Source: Pavona decussata
Lineage: Eukaryota
NCBI GenBank assembly: GCA_977016875.1
Contig: CDRNST010000054.1
Span: 310,001 to 374,000, forward strand
Reading direction: 5' to 3'
Length of the DNA stretch: 64,000 nt
In this document: positions 58,171 to 64,000 of the stretch, piece by piece
How positions within the stretch are numbered: the first letter of the stretch is position 1
How the letters are laid out: every line of letters starts with the position of its first letter
Translations under genes and position numbers: made by a program
Notes under the pieces: generated by a model
What the model saw: the letters and a program-made list of their open reading frames with translations, nothing else
What the model was told of the DNA's origin: nothing
Database searches by the model: none

Positions 58171-61100
58171 TCATTCTAATTTTGTTTGCTGAAGCGAGAT
58201 TTCAGTTCTCGGAAAATTATGTCTAGTAAAAGTAGTGCCACTGTTCGCTTCCAGTACTGTACCACTGAATCTGTTGGGAGTGTTATCCCGATTCCGATAT
58301 CTTCTGCAAACACACGGACGTTGTTCTGTAGACTCCACTAGTTCTGAAAGAGTTGAGACCTTTTCGTACAAGCGTTTGTCATTTCCAGTTAACTTCAACT
58401 AGGTAGCCTTGTAGAGCAGCAGCGAATGGTCGCATTGGTTCCAAAAGTTCCTTTGCACAATTAAAGCTCAAATATGTGAGAAGTTGTCATGGTGTGCCTC
58501 AGTCCATTGTTTTAGTGTATGTGTGTCCCAGCTCCATTCTTCATCATTCGAGTAAAAGCGTTCGTCGAGTCATTTGTGATACTTTGGGTCCCTTTTATAT
58601 TTTAACCTTGAACGACCCTGAAGAGGGGGGCGGCTAGCCACCCAATCCACCCCCCCCCCCCCTGGATCCTCCCCTGTGTCTACGTTTACCCCCTCACGGG
58701 TATCCACTGAGGTCCTGTCAGCGGGTTTGGTCGCTTCTTCAATGACTCTGTCGCCAGGAGGATGCAGCAACGAGTGGTGACGTTTCCCACAACCAATGAA
58801 GAAGCAAGCCCTAAATTGCCTGCAGCGCCTTACAAAGTGGTTAATTCTCAGGCAGTCGATGCATAATCTTTTGTCCAACACAAACTTTCTTCGCTCTTCA
58901 AAGGATTTGTCTCTAAATTTGAAGCATCGCTCGAGATCATGATTACCATTGCTGAACAAACACGTAGTCACAAGATCTTGCTTGTTTGCATGCTGCTTCG
59001 AGCCAAGAGCTTTCTGTGGACTCGGGATAGTCTAGGTACCATTTGAACCTTGAGTTCCGAGAGTTGTTACTTTCACCGCAGGGGCATCGTCTGATTTTCT
59101 TCTTGCTCTTTGTGAAATCCCTTGGTCTTCATTCGGTCTAGTGCCAACCAACTTTCCGAACGCAGCGTTGGCTACAGCGGCTCTCTTTTCCACGAAATCT
59201 GTTAGGTGAGAGAACTCAGGTTCGATATCAGCTTCAATCAACTTGCTTGATTCTTCTGCCCACTTGGCCTGGATGTGAGGTGACAGGCGCATTACAACCT
59301 TTCTGAGAGTATCCATGGAAGTTATATCTGCTTTATATGGCATACGCTCAGAGCTCAAAACGCAATTTCTCATGTCTCTCGCTAGCTGCGACAGCTTCTC
59401 GGCATCCGACGCTCGGATTTGAGGTCCCATAACAACTCTTTCAATAAACGCACGCACAATGATGTGTTTCTGACCAAAATTCTTTTGCAAGATATCTTTC
59501 GCTTCGCGGTATCCTTGTCCAGGAGGCAAGATAACACAGTTCTCGATGGCATCCTTTGCGACACCTGAGCAAAACTGGATTAGGTAGAACAGCCTTTCAT
59601 CGTCCTCGTTAACTCTACGTTCCACATTGATTTCAAAGCTCTTTATAAATCGAGGATACTTTCTTTCTAAGATCGCCATCTAAGGAGATAGCTTCTCTTT
59701 TCGTCATTTCGAGCCTTTCGAGGCCAGAGGACAAGTAGCGGACTGTTTTTTCCCGCTGTTGGCTCAAAAGGCGCTGAAGGTCTGAATTTCAATAACAGCT
59801 TCGTTTTTCTTATGATCTCTGGACTCTTTATTTGGTACGACTGACTTAGGGAGAAAACCAGACGAAAATTCATGAGCTTGTCCAGGATCCCTTTCACAAT
59901 ACTGTAGATATTTTTCAATGGCTTCATCAGGTGTCTGTTTTGGCAATGATTAAAGGTCTCAAATAAGCGCTCGGAATCGCTGAAAAAATCCACCTCGATC
60001 TGTGCCTGGTCAGCCTCAAATCTGGCCTTAAACAGCTCCTTTTCCTTGTCCAGACGCTGCTTCTCGTGTTCTAACTGTTGCAGACGACTTAGGAGCCTTA
60101 GTTCCTCTTCAACTTTCTTCGCTTGAAGTCTGGCTATCGCAAGCTTTACCTTTGACGACTGCGAAGCTTTGGTAACCCTCGAGCTACCACGTGAGTCCCC
60201 GGTTAAAGAACGGGTAAGCAAAACTGAATCGTCATCGGGAAACGTATCATGCGGAATATCGCGTGAACTCTGTGGTGCTGCATCTCGAGAGAAGGGCGTG
60301 GCATACCCTCGTGAGGACTCTCGCATGAAGAAGGGTGTGGCCGATTTCCCACGAAAACACTGTCACGAGGAACCACACGTGGGCCCTCGCGCGGAGCGGG
60401 ATCCAATTCGGGACGTGAAGTTGCCGACTCGCACGACTTACTGTACCACCGAGCAAATTCCTCGTCAAAAAGGCCTTTCGTTTCTATCTCACGCATATGA
60501 TCTTGCAACGCCCGTTCGTGATCGTCTGAAACCGTCAATAACTGTAATAAATCTTTTGCTTTCGCGTTATACCTAATAAATAAACCGTCCAGCGTACATT
60601 TCTCGTCTATAACTTCCATAAGACTTCCACAATTTGAAAACAACAGCCCCATTTCCTTGTATGACCTCGTTAAGTGACCTCTGTAGGCTGATAACGATCG
60701 TCTAGGTTGATTAATCTGATCCGCATTGTCCTCATCCAACAACGCGTAACTCGACGTTGGCCGCGTAAATCCTGACCTGCCATCTACCATAATGGAACTT
60801 GATTCAGCAAGGAAGGGAAACTCCGCCAATAATCCGTCGTAACGATAAGAACCTTGTAGCTGCTGCTAATTTCACTCAGCTCTCTACTTTAATTTATTCG
60901 ATAACTTCACCATTCCAAACACATCCCGACGGCATAAACAAATCCGTACCAGAACGGTTCTTATCTGTGATTTTACAGTAAATTAACCAGGACGGAGAAA
61001 ACGGCGAAACACAACTAAACAACACTAAAAACTTATGCAAAGAAAACTGGCTTAAAAAGGGTAAAAGGAGTGATAGAAAGGCTATTTACATAAGTAATGA

Positions 61101-62572
61101 TCCATAAAGGTGTGGGGGCGAAAGGTATGAAAGACGTAGCGTAAACAAATAAACGAATTAGGCGCGCCGCAAAAGCAGAAGTAACAGAATCGCTTCGAAC
61201 AAAGCTTAGGAGATTCTGCCCAAATGTCAATGGAGGATTATTCTTGACCAAATAGTCAAATTATTCCATCGGTAATTCGGAATAAACACACAAAAACATG
61301 TTTAAAAAGGTAAAAAAGTATCAGCATTTAGTTCAGTATTAATGAGCACATACCACCAACTCTATCTGTTGTGTTTACTTAAATTGTATTTATGAGAAAA
61401 CCAGTTAGGGCCAGGCAGGAGGCGATAATACTCAAATCCCCAATTTGGCTCAAACGTAAAACAAAGGTTGAGCAACATTAGTACATATACGTATTAAAAC
61501 AACAGGTTGAAATACTATATTCAGACATAATGTCCCTTGCTTTATATTCCTTCACATGCAGAAACTGTTGCCCATTCCTCTTTCATCCCTTTTCATCCTC
61601 AACTCCGATTGTCATCAATACGTCACTAGGCAAAAGGACAACTTGCTTGTGTCATCTCACTAATACTCTTTTTCGGATGTAAACTCTTCTGCGATCACGA
61701 CCAAGACGACCCCCTCATATTTGCGGCGGAACACTGTCAGATCATTGAATCTTGTGTTCGGGTGCGTAAAACTTACAAGTCTCGGCAAATGGGAACAAAA
61801 CTGAAAACCAATGGAAAAATAAAGCAAAGAATCAAGGAGCATAAGAATTCCTATGTCTTGCTCTTTTCTCACGTGGGCCGGTCGCTATAAGATAACAAGT
61901 GAAATGAAAGTCGTCACTTTTGGTAGTGTTTACACTAAACGGTTTCTTTCAAGCGTTAAACGGATACTTGTTTCCTATTGGCAGCAACGTTGTCGAACGT
62001 TTATTTAAGAGCGAATTTTCCCCCGAACTTTCGATGAGCAGTTTTGAAACGTTGCTATTCTCAACGATATTTATATTTCGCTCGAATATTCGCCCGGCTT
62101 TTCGAAGAGTAGCGCGAATTTTCCTTTTGACTTAGACGATACACGTTTCGAAAATTCCTCAAAATTCAAACGATCCGGCTGATTCGGTCAACTAGAACAA
62201 AATAGGACAAAAATATCCCTTCTAGGGGAGGTATTAGCTGTTTTAACTAAGCTGGCTTTTGTTATGTAGCATCTCTGTAATTGTATATATCTTTGGAATT
62301 GTAACGTAGCAGCATTTGTAGCATCGACTTGTTTTCTTCGCCTAACTAAACCCCTGGCTCTGGCATCTCATTGTAATCTCTTGTCTGTTCTATGGTAAAG
62401 ATTAATTATTATTCAAATGAGATTTTAGAGATCTTTCGGGGTTATGGGGTACCTCGTGAAAAAAAAAAAATGGCGACTGGAACATTTACCCATAATTCTT
62501 GGAGTACGAAAACCCCAAAGACGCTCATAAAACACAAGTTCTAAACACTTCAAACCTAGCATATATATATGC

Positions 62573-62720
62573 GTTATTGACCAAGCGTGAGATCAAGATG
62601 GCTGGATATTGGCAAAGTTCTTTTTCTGCGTTTTTTGGTCTCGGTCCATATTAAAAAACGCAAAAAAAAAAAAAAAGAAAAAAGAACGAGGCCATCTTGA
62701 CCGAACAAGCTTGGTCAATA
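62573..62720. repeat. Short non-autonomous element with inverted ends
   Basis: TTATTGACCAAGC..TCAAGATGGC / GCCATCTTGA..GCTTGGTCAATAA. Confidence 0.65.
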
Positions 62721-64000
62721 AAGAATTTATTATATGGCTTTATCTTCAAGTTAAAACTACTACAACAAAACAAAACAGAACATGAAACTTTCTATGTGTT
62801 TATTGGCTGTGCTAGGTTCGCAAGGGATTGTACAGTGGATTAGCCGTGTTTCCTGACCTTCTTTTCCATTCCATTCCATTCTTTATTTGCCAGAAAGAAA
62901 ACACAATAATCTATACAAAAGTAGCATTTAAGATATGGCGAGGAGACGTCAAGAAACCATCGGGCTTATGTTAAGAGGTCACCTTGTATTGTAAAGTTCA
63001 TGACAAATTCCCAGTGATTTTCCACCCCTGGTTTAATTCATGTGACTTCAGCTTGCTTTGCCCCTCTCCATGCCGATGGAGAGGGGCAAACACCTGTTTA
63101 CTTTGAACCAGTCTCAACTGCTTTCTACTCTTCAAGCTGGGTTATTCTGCACAATGTTCTCTCCCTCCTTTTCACTGGTATCCGTCATCTCCCATTTTCC
63201 ACATGACACCAGGCATGATATACTATTATCAGCCAGTATGACAATACGAAGTACTTGTTTCGTTTGTTTTGGTTTTTTAAAACATATTCCTTCTTGGTCA
63301 TTAACGCAAGTTTAAATACTGAGAATTCCAATATTTTACAATTCGTCCAGGTTGTGTTAAAGATGCCTTGGTCGAAATAGATTTCGCCCATTTCGTCGAA
63401 ACCACATGAAAGCAACAACACAAAAGAAGGAAGATAAAACTAAACATGTAAATAAATATGGCGAGTTCTGTGTCTTCTGTAGAGTACGGGCAAAAGCTGA
63501 AAACAAAATCAGAAAAAAATACGTTAGAAATAGCAAATAACATTTCAGCTCGATAGGGTCAGGGAAATCTAGAACATCTGTTGGGACGCCTATCGACGGC
63601 CCGGTTCATACGTCGAACTTTACATGAGCCGAACCTAATCATTTGGTTCGGCGCATGTAAAGATCGACGTATGAACCAGTTAGGATCGACAGATTTGTAT
63701 TTGGGTCAACCCGCCGTTCTATTCGACTGCGCCAGTCGAATAGAACAGCAAAAGATCGACTTCAATTCAGACGTCGAACTTTTACATGTGCCGAACCAAA
63801 TGCATACGTTACATATAAATTATATAAATTATATCTATCCCAGATGTCTGCGCGTTCCATCGAATTGGCATGCGCAAAGGACTTCACTCTGAACAAGATG
63901 GCGGGAAAAGAGGAATGTGCTTGTTCTTCTTGTTTAGAAACAACCAAATATACTTGCCTGAGATGCGAAAGATTTAAAATAAAGGAATCTATTCTTGATG

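Larger units (their letters stand above)
56650..60980 (-). mobile_element. Decayed BEL/Pao LTR retrotransposon 5' half (gag + protease)
   Basis: YRGHLTR, ERLFYLIQFCSGVAKDAIENCV..GYREAKDILQKNFGQ (DUF1759-like), zinc knuckles CIDCLRINHFVRRC and CGKRHHSLLH, protease FLDDGSDITLC, IMIGNDNPEAHW. Frameshifted and interrupted by three insertions. Confidence 0.88.

Noticed and set aside
60980-61250. 5' LTR and PBS of the BEL element
   Set aside because: The position is plausible, but there is no second LTR to compare and no clear TG..CA boundaries.

Overview
This is AT-rich eukaryotic (animal) genomic DNA with GT-AG spliced genes and a heavy transposon load. The repeat families suggest a stony coral or other anthozoan (inference). 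I assembled five host genes by hand: NEDD8 (+, 6 coding exons over 13.3 kb), ZFTRAF1/CYHR1 (+, 4 exons), TMEM276 (-, 2 exons), LENG1 (+, at least 6 exons, head-to-head with TMEM276) and a START-domain protein (+, one coding exon). Mobile DNA includes a full-length L1/Tx1 LINE nested in a MITE in NEDD8 intron 2, and two Penelope-like elements carrying minimal hammerhead-ribozyme motifs. There are also CR1/L2 and L1 fragments, a decayed BEL/Pao LTR element, a Crypton-like remnant, a RecQ-helicase remnant, a tRNA-SINE and many MITEs. A 2.2-kb 10-bp minisatellite opens the window. The most unusual signals are: (1) a terminally redundant, TSD-flanked 252-bp-unit retroelement with an internal tRNA-like module, which looks copied from a circular or multimeric RNA; (2) ZFTRAF1-TMEM276 adjacency, mirroring the human CYHR1 locus; (3) a ZFTRAF1 intron with overlapping U2 and U12 (AT-AC) splice signals; (4) MITEs inserting twice at the same nucleotide of a related element's TIR. 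All assignments come from reading the sequence and from recall; no searches were run.
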